A stretch of DNA of 44,344 bases from Candidatus Micrarchaeota archaeon (GCA_043807785.1 JAZDFO010000068.1:1-44344); one strand, 5' to 3'; positions 1 to 9,487 are shown, numbered from the stretch's first letter. Numbers and translations: made by a program. The notes: a model not told the origin generated them from the sequence alone.

Positions 1-338
1 AGTAGTTTTACTTCAAGCGGCAGTTTTCTTTTTTTCCGTTCTTGCAAAAGTATGCTCGTAATCCATTTTTCCATAATCCCTATAGGGCATACATATAGAT
101 AAAGGTTTCGGTCGATTTTTTAAGAGGTAAAAACGTGAAAAATAGCGGGTTTATTCCCTAAAACACTGCGGAGTTACGGATCGAATTATCCACGCACTCC
201 GAACGCACTACCGGGTTCGGCATTAGATTTTAAGGACATCATGCTGCCTTATTAACTTTATTGTTGGTGAAACGCGGCAGGTTTTCGCCTTGCATCCGCC
301 TGCGAACGTTTTTATTGTGCCCCTGGCTGTTGTATTCC

Positions 339-1883
339 ATGCGCCGCCTTACGGTCCTATTGGCAATCGCGTTGCTGGCATCCCAGGCAGCCGCCACGTG
401 CCATACGCCGCCTTCAATCGCATTGGTGCCCAACAGCACCGCCGGCAAGGCCGGTTCAATCCGCCAGTATACCTTGTTTGTCAACAATACCAATCAATTC
501 GTGTGGTGCGACAACCAGTATCATGCCAATGTGACAGTCCCCCGGCAAATGCGGCTCATCGAGCCAGCCAGATATCCGATGCTCATCCGCGCAAACCCCG
601 GGAACGAGACCGTCGCCTACAACCTGACGTTTTCGCTTGAAAGCAATTCCTCCGACGGCGACTATCCGTTTGCCGTTACAGTCTACGGCAAGAGCTTCGA
701 GGGGAATGCCATCTCCTCTTCCGCAACCGGGAAATACGTTGTCGCCGGAAGGCTTTGGGACCAGCCGGACCTGATAATCACAAACTACGGTTTCCATTGC
801 TCTGACCGCCAAAAAATCCCGCGCGCGAACTGCTTCCTCTACGACTCGTTCTCGCTCGACAACGTGACAATCAGCAATACCGGCAACGGCAGCTTCCGCG
901 GCCAGATTTTTTTCAAGGCCTCGATAGCCGGCCCCAACCTCTCCACTGAATTCGCTTCCGCGCAGGTCCCTCCCGTCGGCGCCCTCTCATCCGTCACCGT
1001 CAGCCTGTCAAAGGCGGTCACCGCATTTTCCGTAGCCGGCCTCCAGGTACTCACCGGCGTGATTTCGACCGACTGGGCTACCAACGAGTCCTCGGAGAGC
1101 AACAATTTCCTCATATTGAACATTCCGGTCTCTGAAGGCTACCCGCCCGGGTGCTTTTACCTCAACCCTCCGTGCCAGTCCGGGTTCGCCTGCCGCGACA
1201 ACGAATGCGTTCCCGTGCTGGAGCCAACGCCGACTCCCGCCCCGGACATAGACGTCCCCGAATTCCCCCGCGCCACGCCCAATTCGACGGATTCAACGGG
1301 CAACAACGCCAACGATACCGCCGGTGTCAACTCGTCGGATGTAATCCAGGGCTTGACGGACTTGAAGAATCTGGGCGAGAACACCACCGACATCGAGGTA
1401 ATCCTCAACGATTCGGCCAGCCTGCAAAAGCAGGGCAAATTCGCCCAGGCCAAGGCGCTCATAGCCGAGGCAAGGCGCAGGGTCACCGAGCTGGTCGACC
1501 GTTCCAGGAAAGCCCAGGTCTCGGTTTACCTGTACGCCTCCGGCGGCTTCCTCATACTGCTTCTCGCCATGATTCTCTTTTTAGTAATCCGCAAGCGCAA
1601 GCACGAGGAGGCCGCGTTTTTGCGCCCGCCGGAGAGCAAGCCCAAGATGTTGCTGCCTCCGCTCAATCCGGAAAACTTTGAAAAATCAGCAGGCTTGCAC
1701 CCCCCCGTGGAGGAGCCGGCTCCCCACCCTGCGCTGGAAAACCATCCCCCCATCGCGGTTCCGCAAACCAGCGGAGGCAATGCTTCGGCCGAAAAACCCG
1801 GCGATGCGGCACCAGCCAAGCCCCCAGGCGGCGTTGTTCCAGTGCCGCCAATAAAGCCTATTTCTTTAGAGCCGCAGCGTTGA
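339..1883 (+). CDS. Secreted, membrane-anchored surface protein (signal peptide, many N-x-S/T sequons, C-terminal TM helix, Pro-rich tail)
   Basis: Track ORF 261..1883. The in-frame ATG at 339 gives MRRLTVLLAIALLASQAAA. The hydrophobic segment VYLYASGGFLILLLAMILFLVI is followed by RKRK and a P-rich tail. No family recognised. Confidence 0.6.
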   Translation: MRRLTVLLAIALLASQAAATCHTPPSIALVPNSTAGKAGSIRQYTLFVNNTNQFVWCDNQYHANVTVPRQMRLIEPARYPMLIRANPGNETVAYNLTFSLESNSSDGDYPFAVTVYGKSFEGNAISSSATGKYVVAGRLWDQPDLIITNYGFHCSDRQKIPRANCFLYDSFSLDNVTISNTGNGSFRGQIFFKASIAGPNLSTEFASAQVPPVGALSSVTVSLSKAVTAFSVAGLQVLTGVISTDWATNESSESNNFLILNIPVSEGYPPGCFYLNPPCQSGFACRDNECVPVLEPTPTPAPDIDVPEFPRATPNSTDSTGNNANDTAGVNSSDVIQGLTDLKNLGENTTDIEVILNDSASLQKQGKFAQAKALIAEARRRVTELVDRSRKAQVSVYLYASGGFLILLLAMILFLVIRKRKHEEAAFLRPPESKPKMLLPPLNPENFEKSAGLHPPVEEPAPHPALENHPPIAVPQTSGGNASAEKPGDAAPAKPPGGVVPVPPIKPISLEPQR

Positions 1884-2847
1884 CGGAGTTCTTGGGCACC
1901 CTTCCCCCGAAGAAGTCAACTAGGGCATCGACCGCCATCTGCGACATCTTCGCCCGCGTCTCTTCCGAAGCGCTTCCGATGTGCGGAATGACAATGGCGT
2001 TGGCAAGCGGGATAAGCTCGACCGGGCACCTCGGCTCGTCCTCGTAGACGTCAAGCGCGGCGGCCCAAATCCTCTTTTCCCGAAGCGCCCTTGCAAGCGC
2101 CGCCTGGTCGATGACGTTGCCCCTCGAAGTGTTCACCAGGACCGCCGTGGGCTTCATCAGCGCAAACTCCTTGTCCCCGACCATCCTCGAAGTCTCGTCG
2201 TTGAGCGGCGTGTGGATTGAAATGAAGTCGGACTCGCGCAAGAGCCGCTCCATCTGCACGTGCACTGCCGCGAACTCCGCATCCGCATCAGCGTCCGGCC
2301 CGAGCTTGTCGTTGTAGATTATTTTCATCCCGAATCCGTTGTGCATCCTTTTGGCGACCGCCTTGCCGATGCGGCCCATGCCCACGATTCCCAGCGTCTT
2401 GCCAAAAACCTCCTGCCCGAGGAAGAACGACGGCCCCCAGCCCTCGTAGCGGCACTCGCGCATGTACTTGTCGCCCTCGACGATGCGCCTTGCCGCCGCG
2501 ATGAGAAGGCCGCACGTCAGGTCCGCAGTCGTGTCCGTCAGCGCCCCCGGGGTATTCGTCACGAGAATCCCGCGCTCGCTTGCGGCATTCACGTCAATCT
2601 TGTCATAGCCCGCGCCGTAATTCGAAATGATTTTGAGCTGCCTGCCTGCAGCGTCCATGACGCCCGCGTCCACGGGGTCGGTGAGGATGCAAAGCAGCGC
2701 GTCTGCGCCCTTCACCCTCCTGGAAAGCTCGTCTTTCTCAATCACGCTCTCCTGTGTGCGCACTTCCACCTCGAAGTTGCGCTTGAGCTCCTCGATTGCC
2801 TTGCCCGGGATGCTCCGCGTGACGAAAATTTTTGGTTTGCCTGCCAT
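1858..2847 (-). CDS. D-isomer-specific 2-hydroxyacid dehydrogenase (glyoxylate/hydroxypyruvate reductase-like)
   Basis: 329 aa. NAD-binding motif GIVGMGRIGKAVAKR, plus YGAGYDKIDV and the PHIGSAS catalytic His region. The 3' end overlaps the convergent gene by 26 nt. Confidence 0.85.
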   Translation of the reverse strand: MAGKPKIFVTRSIPGKAIEELKRNFEVEVRTQESVIEKDELSRRVKGADALLCILTDPVDAGVMDAAGRQLKIISNYGAGYDKIDVNAASERGILVTNTPGALTDTTADLTCGLLIAAARRIVEGDKYMRECRYEGWGPSFFLGQEVFGKTLGIVGMGRIGKAVAKRMHNGFGMKIIYNDKLGPDADADAEFAAVHVQMERLLRESDFISIHTPLNDETSRMVGDKEFALMKPTAVLVNTSRGNVIDQAALARALREKRIWAAALDVYEDEPRCPVELIPLANAIVIPHIGSASEETRAKMSQMAVDALVDFFGGRVPKNSVNAAALKK

Positions 2848-2902
2848 GTTATTACCTGTTTTTACATCTGCGACGGACTACTTGCACTTCAACTAGCCCC
2901 AA

Positions 2903-3880
2903 TCATTTCCTTGCCTTCATTACATCCCTTGCCGCCTCTGCGACTTCCTTTTGCGTCATCCCAAACGCGCTAAGAAGCTCGCCGGGGCTGCCGCTTTCCC
3001 CGAACCGGTCCTGCATTCCGACAAAGCGCATCGGCACCGGGCATTCCTGCGCGAGCACTTCGGCCACCGCGCTGCCCGTGCCTCCCGCAACCTGGTGCTC
3101 TTCGGCAACGACGAGCGCGCCGGTCTCCTTCGCAGCCTTAACCAGCGCTTGGCGGTCAATGGGCTTGACCGTGTGCAGGTTGAGCACGCGCGCCGAAACC
3201 CCCCCGGCCTGCAGCGCACGGGCGGCCAGGAGCGCCTCGCATGCCATCAGTCCGTTTGCGACAATCGTGACATCCGAGCCGTCGCGGAAGGTTTCCGCCC
3301 TCCCGATCTTAAACGGCGTATCTTCAGTCGTAATCGTCGTCACCTTGTCGCGGCCGAAGCGGAAATAGACCGGGCCCTTCATTTTTCCGCTCTCGACCGT
3401 CGCCTTCCTTGCCTCGAGCCAGTCGCACGGCACCAGCACCGTCATGTGCGGCAAGACCCGCGTGATGGCCACGTCCTCGAGCGCCTGGTGCGTCGCGCCG
3501 TCCGGGCCCACTGAAATTCCGGCATGGCAGCCGGCAATCTTGACGTTCGCCTGGGAATAGCAGATGCTGACGCGCACCTGGTCCCAGTTCCTCCCCGGTG
3601 AGAAAACCGCGTAGCTGGCGATGAACGGCACCTTTCCCTCCGCAGCCAATCCAGCTGCCAGCCCGGCCATGTTCTGCTCGGCGACGCCGACCTGGATGAA
3701 CCTCTCGGGGTATTTTTCGGCAAACCAGTTCGAACGCGTGCTCTCGGTCAGGTCGCAGCACAGCGCCACCACGTTTGGGTCCTGCGCGCCAAGCTCGACC
3801 AATCCTTTGCCAAACCCGTCGCGCGAGGGCACCCTCTCGGGCTTTCCGGAATAATAGTCTTCCCGCAATGGTACCGCCAT
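2903..3880 (-). CDS. Transketolase, C-terminal (pyrimidine-binding) subunit
   Basis: Track ORF 2903..3985. The ATG at 3880 gives MAVPLREDYYSGKPERVPSRDGFGKGLVELG and lies 1 nt after the stop of the N-terminal subunit gene. Motifs FIQVGVAEQNM and ISVGPDGATHQ. Confidence 0.9.
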   Translation of the reverse strand: MAVPLREDYYSGKPERVPSRDGFGKGLVELGAQDPNVVALCCDLTESTRSNWFAEKYPERFIQVGVAEQNMAGLAAGLAAEGKVPFIASYAVFSPGRNWDQVRVSICYSQANVKIAGCHAGISVGPDGATHQALEDVAITRVLPHMTVLVPCDWLEARKATVESGKMKGPVYFRFGRDKVTTITTEDTPFKIGRAETFRDGSDVTIVANGLMACEALLAARALQAGGVSARVLNLHTVKPIDRQALVKAAKETGALVVAEEHQVAGGTGSAVAEVLAQECPVPMRFVGMQDRFGESGSPGELLSAFGMTQKEVAEAARDVMKARK

Positions 3881-3881
3881 T

Positions 3882-4748
3882 TCAATCACTTCCCCCGAGT
3901 ATCTTCCTCCTTTCCTCCTCCAATTCAGCAAGCGCCTTTGCCATCTCCTCCGGATTCGGCGGTTTTCCATGCCATCTGTAGTCATTCTCCATGAAAGAAA
4001 CGCCCTTGCCGGGAATGGTGCGCGCGATGATCATCGTCGGCCTGCCCTTGGTGCGCTCGGCCTCGTCGAATGCCGCTACAATCGCATCCATGTCGTGGCC
4101 GTCGACTTCGATGGCATGCCAGTTGAATGCCCGGAATTTTTCCGCAAGCGGGTCAAGCGGCATGACGTCCTCTGTATTGCCGTCAATCTGGATGTAGTTG
4201 CGGTCGAGCACGCCGACGAGGTTGTCTAGCTTTGCCTTGGCTGCGAACATGTACGCCTCCCAGACCTGGCCCTCGTTGCTCTCGCCGTCGGAAGTGACCA
4301 GCACCACCCTGTGCTTTTTGCCGTCCATCTTCGCCGCAAGCGCCATGCCCGCCGCAATCGAAGTGCCCTGCCCGAGCGGGCCGCTTGTCGACTCGAGCCC
4401 CGGCATGGAAAGGCTGTGCGGGTGGCCCTGCAGCCTCGAGTGAAGCTTGCGCAGCGTCAAAAGCTCTTCCTTTGGAAAATAGCCCGCCTCCGCCATGGCC
4501 GCATACCGCACCGGGCAGATGTGGCCGCAGGACAGGATGAGCCGGTCGCGCGACTGCCAGTCCGGCTTTTGCGGATCGTTGTTGAGAACATTGAAGTAGA
4601 GGGCCGCAAACACGTCGGCCATGCCCAACGGGCCCGCCGAGTGCCCGCTTTTTGCCTCGCACAGCGACCTTACCAGCGACTGCCGTATCGAGTTGGCGGC
4701 CAGCCGAAGCTCCTTTTGCGACGCAAGTTTCCTGCGGTAGTTTGCCAC
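3882..4748 (-). CDS. Transketolase, N-terminal (TPP-binding) subunit
   Basis: 288 aa. Motifs SGHSAGPLGMADV, RDRLILSCGH and SDGESNEG. GTG start preceded by GGGGGG with a 6-nt spacer. Confidence 0.9.
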   Translation of the reverse strand: MANYRRKLASQKELRLAANSIRQSLVRSLCEAKSGHSAGPLGMADVFAALYFNVLNNDPQKPDWQSRDRLILSCGHICPVRYAAMAEAGYFPKEELLTLRKLHSRLQGHPHSLSMPGLESTSGPLGQGTSIAAGMALAAKMDGKKHRVVLVTSDGESNEGQVWEAYMFAAKAKLDNLVGVLDRNYIQIDGNTEDVMPLDPLAEKFRAFNWHAIEVDGHDMDAIVAAFDEAERTKGRPTMIIARTIPGKGVSFMENDYRWHGKPPNPEEMAKALAELEEERRKILGGSD

Positions 4749-4887
4749 TTAAAACCCCCCGTTCCTTTCGGCATCAGACGGCAAACTTAGCGCCCTTGGT
4801 TTTTTTAAAGCATTCCCCGGCATTCCCTGCGATGGCAACCGCCGCCAACCCGCTCGTTTTTTATTCCCCGCCGGCGCCAATCCATGC

Positions 4888-5973
4888 ATGAAGAAAATCC
4901 TCGCCGTCCTCCTCGTTTCCATCCTGCTGCTGGGCTGCGTCGACGAGGGCGCCTCCAAGGCCACGCCGACGCCGAAAAAGCCGGTTGCGACCGTCAAAAA
5001 GCCGCCGGCATCGGCAACTGCGATGGCAACCCCGTCCGCCAAGCCAACCGCGACCCCGCTTCCGCCGAATTTGCGCCTCGCGATTTCCAAGCTCGTGGTA
5101 AAAGTCAACGCCTCCAACGCCACGGTAACCTGGACGACGAGCAATTTTTCAGACGCCGCCGTAAAATGGTGGAAGGGAAACCAGTCGTTTGAGGCGTCCA
5201 ATTCGACTTCATCCAAGAGCCACTCCATCACAATCCCGGGCCTGTCGTTCCGCACCGCATACCGGTTCAACGCCACTTCCTGCACGCCCGCAATGTGCAA
5301 TTCGTCAACCGGCTCGTTTGACGTATCCCACCGGCCTTGCGCAAACGGGATGGCTTACTTTGACGGCACAGACTTCTGCATCGACAACTACGAGGCGGCC
5401 CGCTCGGCGGATGGAAAGATTGCGCTCGGAGGCGGGCTCAACCCGTGGACAATGGCCACCCGCGCCGAGGCGCAAGCCGCGTGCGCGTCGGCAGGAAAGC
5501 GGCTTTGCACTTCAGCCGAGTTTTCCGCCGCGTGCGACATCAACGGCAGCCGCTTGGGCCTGATAGGCGACGGCGAATGCAGCCTCAACGGCACGCGCAC
5601 CTACCGCACCGGCGAGGCGACTGACTGCATCTCCCGCGCCGGAGTACACGACTTGATTGGAAACCTCCGCGAGTGGGTTTCTGATTCGGTGACTTTCGCC
5701 ACCCCCGCAAAGCCCGGCTACGCCAATACCGGGGCCGACGCGCTTTCCCTCGGGGCCGGCTACGCTTTCCAACCCCTCGCGGGATTGGATTCCGAAAAAT
5801 ACGGCAGCGACTACTACTATGTCGCCCCGCACTCCGGAAAGCCGCTTGAAGGCCTTGGAGTAACCCGCGGCGGCGACCTTTCGCAAGGCACGCGCGCCGG
5901 CTGCTTTGCCTACACCGTCGGCGAAGACCCCGCGGCGCGCGACCCACTAATAGGCTTCAGATGCTGCTCGTGA
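4888..5973 (+). CDS. Lipobox protein with a C-terminal FGE-sulfatase (SUMF1-like) domain
   Basis: MKKILAVLLVSILLLGC lipobox. Motifs GKRLCTSAEF, GVHDLIGNLREWVSD and RGG...IGFRCC resemble the formylglycine-generating-enzyme fold. TTTTTTATT box about 27 nt upstream of the ATG suggests a leaderless transcript. Confidence 0.65.
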   Translation: MKKILAVLLVSILLLGCVDEGASKATPTPKKPVATVKKPPASATAMATPSAKPTATPLPPNLRLAISKLVVKVNASNATVTWTTSNFSDAAVKWWKGNQSFEASNSTSSKSHSITIPGLSFRTAYRFNATSCTPAMCNSSTGSFDVSHRPCANGMAYFDGTDFCIDNYEAARSADGKIALGGGLNPWTMATRAEAQAACASAGKRLCTSAEFSAACDINGSRLGLIGDGECSLNGTRTYRTGEATDCISRAGVHDLIGNLREWVSDSVTFATPAKPGYANTGADALSLGAGYAFQPLAGLDSEKYGSDYYYVAPHSGKPLEGLGVTRGGDLSQGTRAGCFAYTVGEDPAARDPLIGFRCCS

Positions 5974-5984
5974 AGTGCCAGCGC

Positions 5985-7220
5985 TCAATTTGCGTTTGCT
6001 CCCTTGACAAACCCATCAATCTTGTCATAGGCCTGCTTTTGCGTGCCGATGTCGGGCAAGGTCACCACGCGGAAGAACCGCTCGTACGGGTTCATCGCAA
6101 AACCGCTTCCGGGCACGACCCGCACGCCCTCCTTCGACAACAACGACACGACGAACTCCTTGTCAGTCCCCCACGGGCCCTTAAGCAAGTGCGGGAACGC
6201 GTAGAACGCTCCCTTGGGCGGCACGCACTCGATGCCGTCAATCGAGTTGAGCCTCTCGGAGGCGTACTTTGCGCGTTCCTTGAGCATCGAGAGCATCCTG
6301 GAGTATTCGGCAGAATTCTTTTCCCTAGCTGCAATCCCGGCCGCGTAGGCGTGCTGCACGGCCTTGTTTGCCGAGAGCCTAAACGCGCACACCTTCACCA
6401 ACGCCTTTTTGAGCGTGTCATTGGCGAAGTTGGAAAACAGCGCATGGCCTACGCGCCACCCCGGTGAATAGTATCCCTTCGAGAGCCCGTCGAGGGTAAT
6501 TACCGGCACGCTTTTCGTCAGCGACGCCGTCGCCGTGTGCTTGCCTTCAAAGCGCAGGTGGTGGTAAATCTCGTCGGAAATGATTGCAACCTCGCCATTG
6601 CCCTTGTCGGCAACGACATCGATGATTGCCTTGAGGGCGTCGCGTTCAATGGTCGCTCCCGTGGGATTGCTGGGGTTGATGAGCACCACCGCGAAAGTGT
6701 CCTTGCCGATGGCATTCTCGAGGCTGGCAATGTCCGGCGCCCACTCCTTTTTGTGGTCCAGCTCGTAATAATTGGGCTGCCCCTCGTACCAGTTCACCCT
6801 CGCCGTGTAAAGCGGGTAATCCGGCCGCGGCAGTACGACTCCCACGCCCTTCTCCACCGCCACGCCGAAAAGATAGTCGATTAGTTCGCTCAAGCCGTTT
6901 CCGGCAACGACATTCTCTTCCTTTGCGTCGGAAATCCCCTGCGACTTCGAATATTGCGCGACTGCCTGTCTTAGCGCCGGCTCGCCCTGCTCGTTGGCGT
7001 ACCCGTCGTAATGCCCGTCGTCGCCAATGGCGTCCACCAGCCCCTTCTTGATGTGCGCCGGCATTGCAAACCCGTACGCGCCGTCGTAAGCCCCGGGGTC
7101 GCCGATGTTGAGCTCGAGCGTCCGCTCGCCGGCCTTTTTACGCGCCGTCACCATGGAGGCAATCTCGGGGTCGCGGATGGAATAATGCGCCGCCTGCGCC
7201 CTCCTGGTAATCCTGATCAT
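5985..7220 (-). CDS. Class I/II PLP-dependent aminotransferase (alanine/aspartate aminotransferase-like)
   Basis: 411 aa. NPSNPTG and the LSKGYYSPGWRVG PLP-lysine motif. Confidence 0.85.
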   Translation of the reverse strand: MIRITRRAQAAHYSIRDPEIASMVTARKKAGERTLELNIGDPGAYDGAYGFAMPAHIKKGLVDAIGDDGHYDGYANEQGEPALRQAVAQYSKSQGISDAKEENVVAGNGLSELIDYLFGVAVEKGVGVVLPRPDYPLYTARVNWYEGQPNYYELDHKKEWAPDIASLENAIGKDTFAVVLINPSNPTGATIERDALKAIIDVVADKGNGEVAIISDEIYHHLRFEGKHTATASLTKSVPVITLDGLSKGYYSPGWRVGHALFSNFANDTLKKALVKVCAFRLSANKAVQHAYAAGIAAREKNSAEYSRMLSMLKERAKYASERLNSIDGIECVPPKGAFYAFPHLLKGPWGTDKEFVVSLLSKEGVRVVPGSGFAMNPYERFFRVVTLPDIGTQKQAYDKIDGFVKGANAN

Positions 7221-7352
7221 TTGGCTTCACCGCATATTGATTGTGATTGCAAACCATCGCAGCGCAAAATTGATTCTGTCTGATTCTGCGATTATCTCAT
7301 GCAAGGAATAAAAACTCGACGCCTGCAGACAACGGATTCGGCGAGTGGCGAA

Positions 7353-7838
7353 CTAGTTGGCGGGGCAGGCGCACTGGCTGGCGTTAATGCCTATCTTTTC
7401 TGAAAATTCTTTGGCGGTCCATGCGTTGTTCTTCATCCCTTCGCAGACTCCGATTTGCGAAAAGCAGTCTGGGCTCTCCTTGCGGATGCACTGTCCAGAG
7501 CTGCAGGCGGCAGAATACGTCTTGAAGGACATCGCGCACGATACTGAACAGGTTCTTAGTCTAGTAACTCCGCTCGGTTTGTTCTTCTCGGATTCCTGCC
7601 ATTCCCGAAATCTTTCTTCCGTCTCTGTGTTGACCAAAACCCCTGGGCCGCAGGAATCCGTGCACGAGTCAAAATGTACGAATACGCAATCCGTATCGAC
7701 TTGACAGGATGCATCCCTTTCTCCGTGAAAAACTCCGTCTTCGAGCGGTGCCTGCTGCTTGGGCTGCGTTAGGGCGAATGCCGTGATGGCGAGAATTATT
7801 GCAGCAACCGCAATCCCGATGGCCAGCTTTTTGTCCAT
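7353..7838 (-). CDS. Cys-rich membrane-anchored protein, tandem paralog 1
   Basis: Track ORF 7353..7844 starts at TTG; the ATG at 7838 gives MDKKLAIGIAVAAIILAITAF (N-terminal TM). About 15 Cys. Shares the pattern D..C..D.DC...SCGPG...GQC...VCE...QC.C with the next gene. Confidence 0.6.
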   Translation of the reverse strand: MDKKLAIGIAVAAIILAITAFALTQPKQQAPLEDGVFHGERDASCQVDTDCVFVHFDSCTDSCGPGVLVNTETEERFREWQESEKNKPSGVTRLRTCSVSCAMSFKTYSAACSSGQCIRKESPDCFSQIGVCEGMKNNAWTAKEFSEKIGINASQCACPAN

Positions 7839-7844
7839 GCACAA

Positions 7845-7873
7845 GCCTTCGGCTGGGGTTGTATAAAAATCAG
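7845..7873 (-). promoter_or_regulatory. Conserved promoter block with TATA box (copy 1)
   Basis: The minus strand reads CTGATTTTTATACAACCCCAGCCGAAGGC. It is identical over 29 nt to 8408..8436 and ends 6 nt before the ATG, which is leaderless geometry. Confidence 0.55.
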
Positions 7874-7922
7874 CGTGTTGCGTGGAAAAAAGAGGGAAGA
7901 AAAAATCTCGTCGGGTGGCGAA

Positions 7923-8402
7923 CTAGGTAAGGGAGCAGTTGCATTGGGTCAAATCGACGTGCTCGGGATTGTAGAGCTGTTCAATTGTTAAGTTGGACAA
8001 TTTCAGTGCTTCGCAGACCCCGCCATAACCGTAGCATGCGATTCCATCGTCCTTTGCAGTGCACTGTCCTTGCTCGCAAACTGCCTTGTACTTCTTGAGC
8101 CTTACTCCGCAGGCAGCACAGCCGGTATTTCGTGCCCGTTTGCTCTGCATATAAGCATTTGATATCTCGTCATACGTTTTTTGGTTCATCGGCGTGCCGG
8201 GGCCACTGCAGCTTCCGCAAATGGTGAGCCCCCTTAATTCACAATCCGAATCTTCAATGCAAGCCGCATCTATTTTTCCGCTGTATATGCCGGTCTCAAA
8301 CCTGTCCTGGCCGAAATAGAGCTGGCCTCTAAACCATAATACTCCGACGATGTATAAAATCACGACCGCAAATGCGCCGCCAGCGACAAGCTTCCAATTC
8401 AT
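7923..8402 (-). CDS. Cys-rich membrane-anchored protein, tandem paralog 2
   Basis: 159 aa. N-terminal TM GGAFAVVILYIVGVLWF. The Cys pattern is conserved with 7353..7838. Confidence 0.6.
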   Translation of the reverse strand: MNWKLVAGGAFAVVILYIVGVLWFRGQLYFGQDRFETGIYSGKIDAACIEDSDCELRGLTICGSCSGPGTPMNQKTYDEISNAYMQSKRARNTGCAACGVRLKKYKAVCEQGQCTAKDDGIACYGYGGVCEALKLSNLTIEQLYNPEHVDLTQCNCSLT

Positions 8403-8407
8403 GTCAT

Positions 8408-8436
8408 GCCTTCGGCTGGGGTTGTATAAAAATCAG
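8408..8436 (-). promoter_or_regulatory. Conserved promoter block with TATA box (copy 2)
   Basis: Identical 29-mer to 7845..7873, ending 5 nt upstream of the ATG at 8402. Confidence 0.55.
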
Positions 8437-8518
8437 TTCGTTGCCCGTCTTGGGCGCTTAAAAAAAAGAAATAAATAAAAAAAGGAGGAGAACAGGCCGT
8501 GTAAGCAGTTTTGCTTGC

Positions 8519-8905
8519 TTACTGCGTCTGTTCGTCTGCGTCGCCTTCGGAGGCGCCGGCCGGCACTTCGGATTCCTCCGTGGTGCTCGCTGCGCCAGTG
8601 CTGGCGCCGCTTCCGACTACCTCGCCGATGGCGAAGCGGTTCCTTACCTGCGAGATGCGCACGCGGAGCTTGTCTCCCTTGTGCGCGCCTGCGACGAAGA
8701 TTATGAATCCTTCGACCTTGCCGATTCCGTCGCCTTTCTTGGCGACATCGGTGATCTCAAGGTCGTATTCCTCGCCTTGCTTGACCGGCACTTCGCGCCC
8801 CATCCCTCCGTCGTTGTAGGATGGCCTGCCGCCGCTGCTTCCGCCGCTGCGTCCGCCGCCGTATCCGCCGTCGCTACCACCGTAGCCTCTGTCCCTAAAA
8901 CCCAT
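8519..8905 (-). CDS. TRAM-domain protein with Gly/Ser/Tyr/Arg-rich N-terminal tail and acidic C-terminal tail
   Basis: Core PVKQGEEYDLEITDVAKKGDGIGKVEGFIIFVAGAHKGDKLRVRISQVRNRFAIGEVV matches small archaeal TRAM proteins. The N-terminus is MGFRDRGYGGSDGGYGGGRSGGSSGGRPSY. Confidence 0.8.
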   Translation of the reverse strand: MGFRDRGYGGSDGGYGGGRSGGSSGGRPSYNDGGMGREVPVKQGEEYDLEITDVAKKGDGIGKVEGFIIFVAGAHKGDKLRVRISQVRNRFAIGEVVGSGASTGAASTTEESEVPAGASEGDADEQTQ

Positions 8906-9095
8906 TCATTTCACCTAATTCATCCTGCCTGCACGGGGGTGTTGCACTTGGCGTAAAAATCCTCAAAGAATTAGACGGTTCGTCACAATCCCTTTCAAAA
9001 TACGCTAGTCGCCCCCACACAGTTCAGGGCATACTCTAATTTGGCGAGTGCAAGTTTAAAAAGGCGCGGTTTGAGCTTTCGCCAATGCCCGCACT

Positions 9096-9476
9096 TTAAG
9101 CATTATTGGCTGGAGCTTGGGCATCTTGTTTGGCTTCTGCCTGCGCTTGGGCCGGTGCCGCTGCTGCCTTTGCCGCAGCCTTTGCATCCTCGGCCTTCTT
9201 TGCCTCAATCTTGCGGGCTTTCGACGAGAGGTGCTTCTTTTTCGGTTCCGCAGGCTTTGCCGCTTCCTTGGGCTTTTCGACTGCGATTTCCACTTTGGCT
9301 TTCTTTGCCGAGGTTGCGAACCTTTCGGTCCACTTGAGCTTGCGCGGGTTGCGGCCCATGTTGTAGTTGCGCTCGCACTTGTGCGAACAGTAGTGCAGTG
9401 CCGTGCCGTCGCGTTTGTAGAGCGTTACCCCCAATCCGGGGCGCATTACGGTGCCGCAAAAGCTGCAGTTCGACAT
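9096..9476 (-). CDS. rpl24e: 50S ribosomal protein L24e with a long Lys/Ala-rich C-terminal extension
   Basis: MSNCSFCGTVMRPGLGVTLYKRDGTALHYCSHKCERNYNMGRNPRKLKWT zinc-ribbon core, followed by about 65 aa of K/A/E/P/Q-rich tail. Confidence 0.9.
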   Translation of the reverse strand: MSNCSFCGTVMRPGLGVTLYKRDGTALHYCSHKCERNYNMGRNPRKLKWTERFATSAKKAKVEIAVEKPKEAAKPAEPKKKHLSSKARKIEAKKAEDAKAAAKAAAAPAQAQAEAKQDAQAPANNA

Positions 9477-9487
9477 TTGGTTTCACT

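Noticed and set aside
261-338. TTG start at 261 for the first ORF
   Set aside because: The first 26 codons (MLVKRGRFSPCIRLRTFLLCPWLLYS) precede a clean signal peptide that begins at the ATG at 339. That ATG is the more plausible start.
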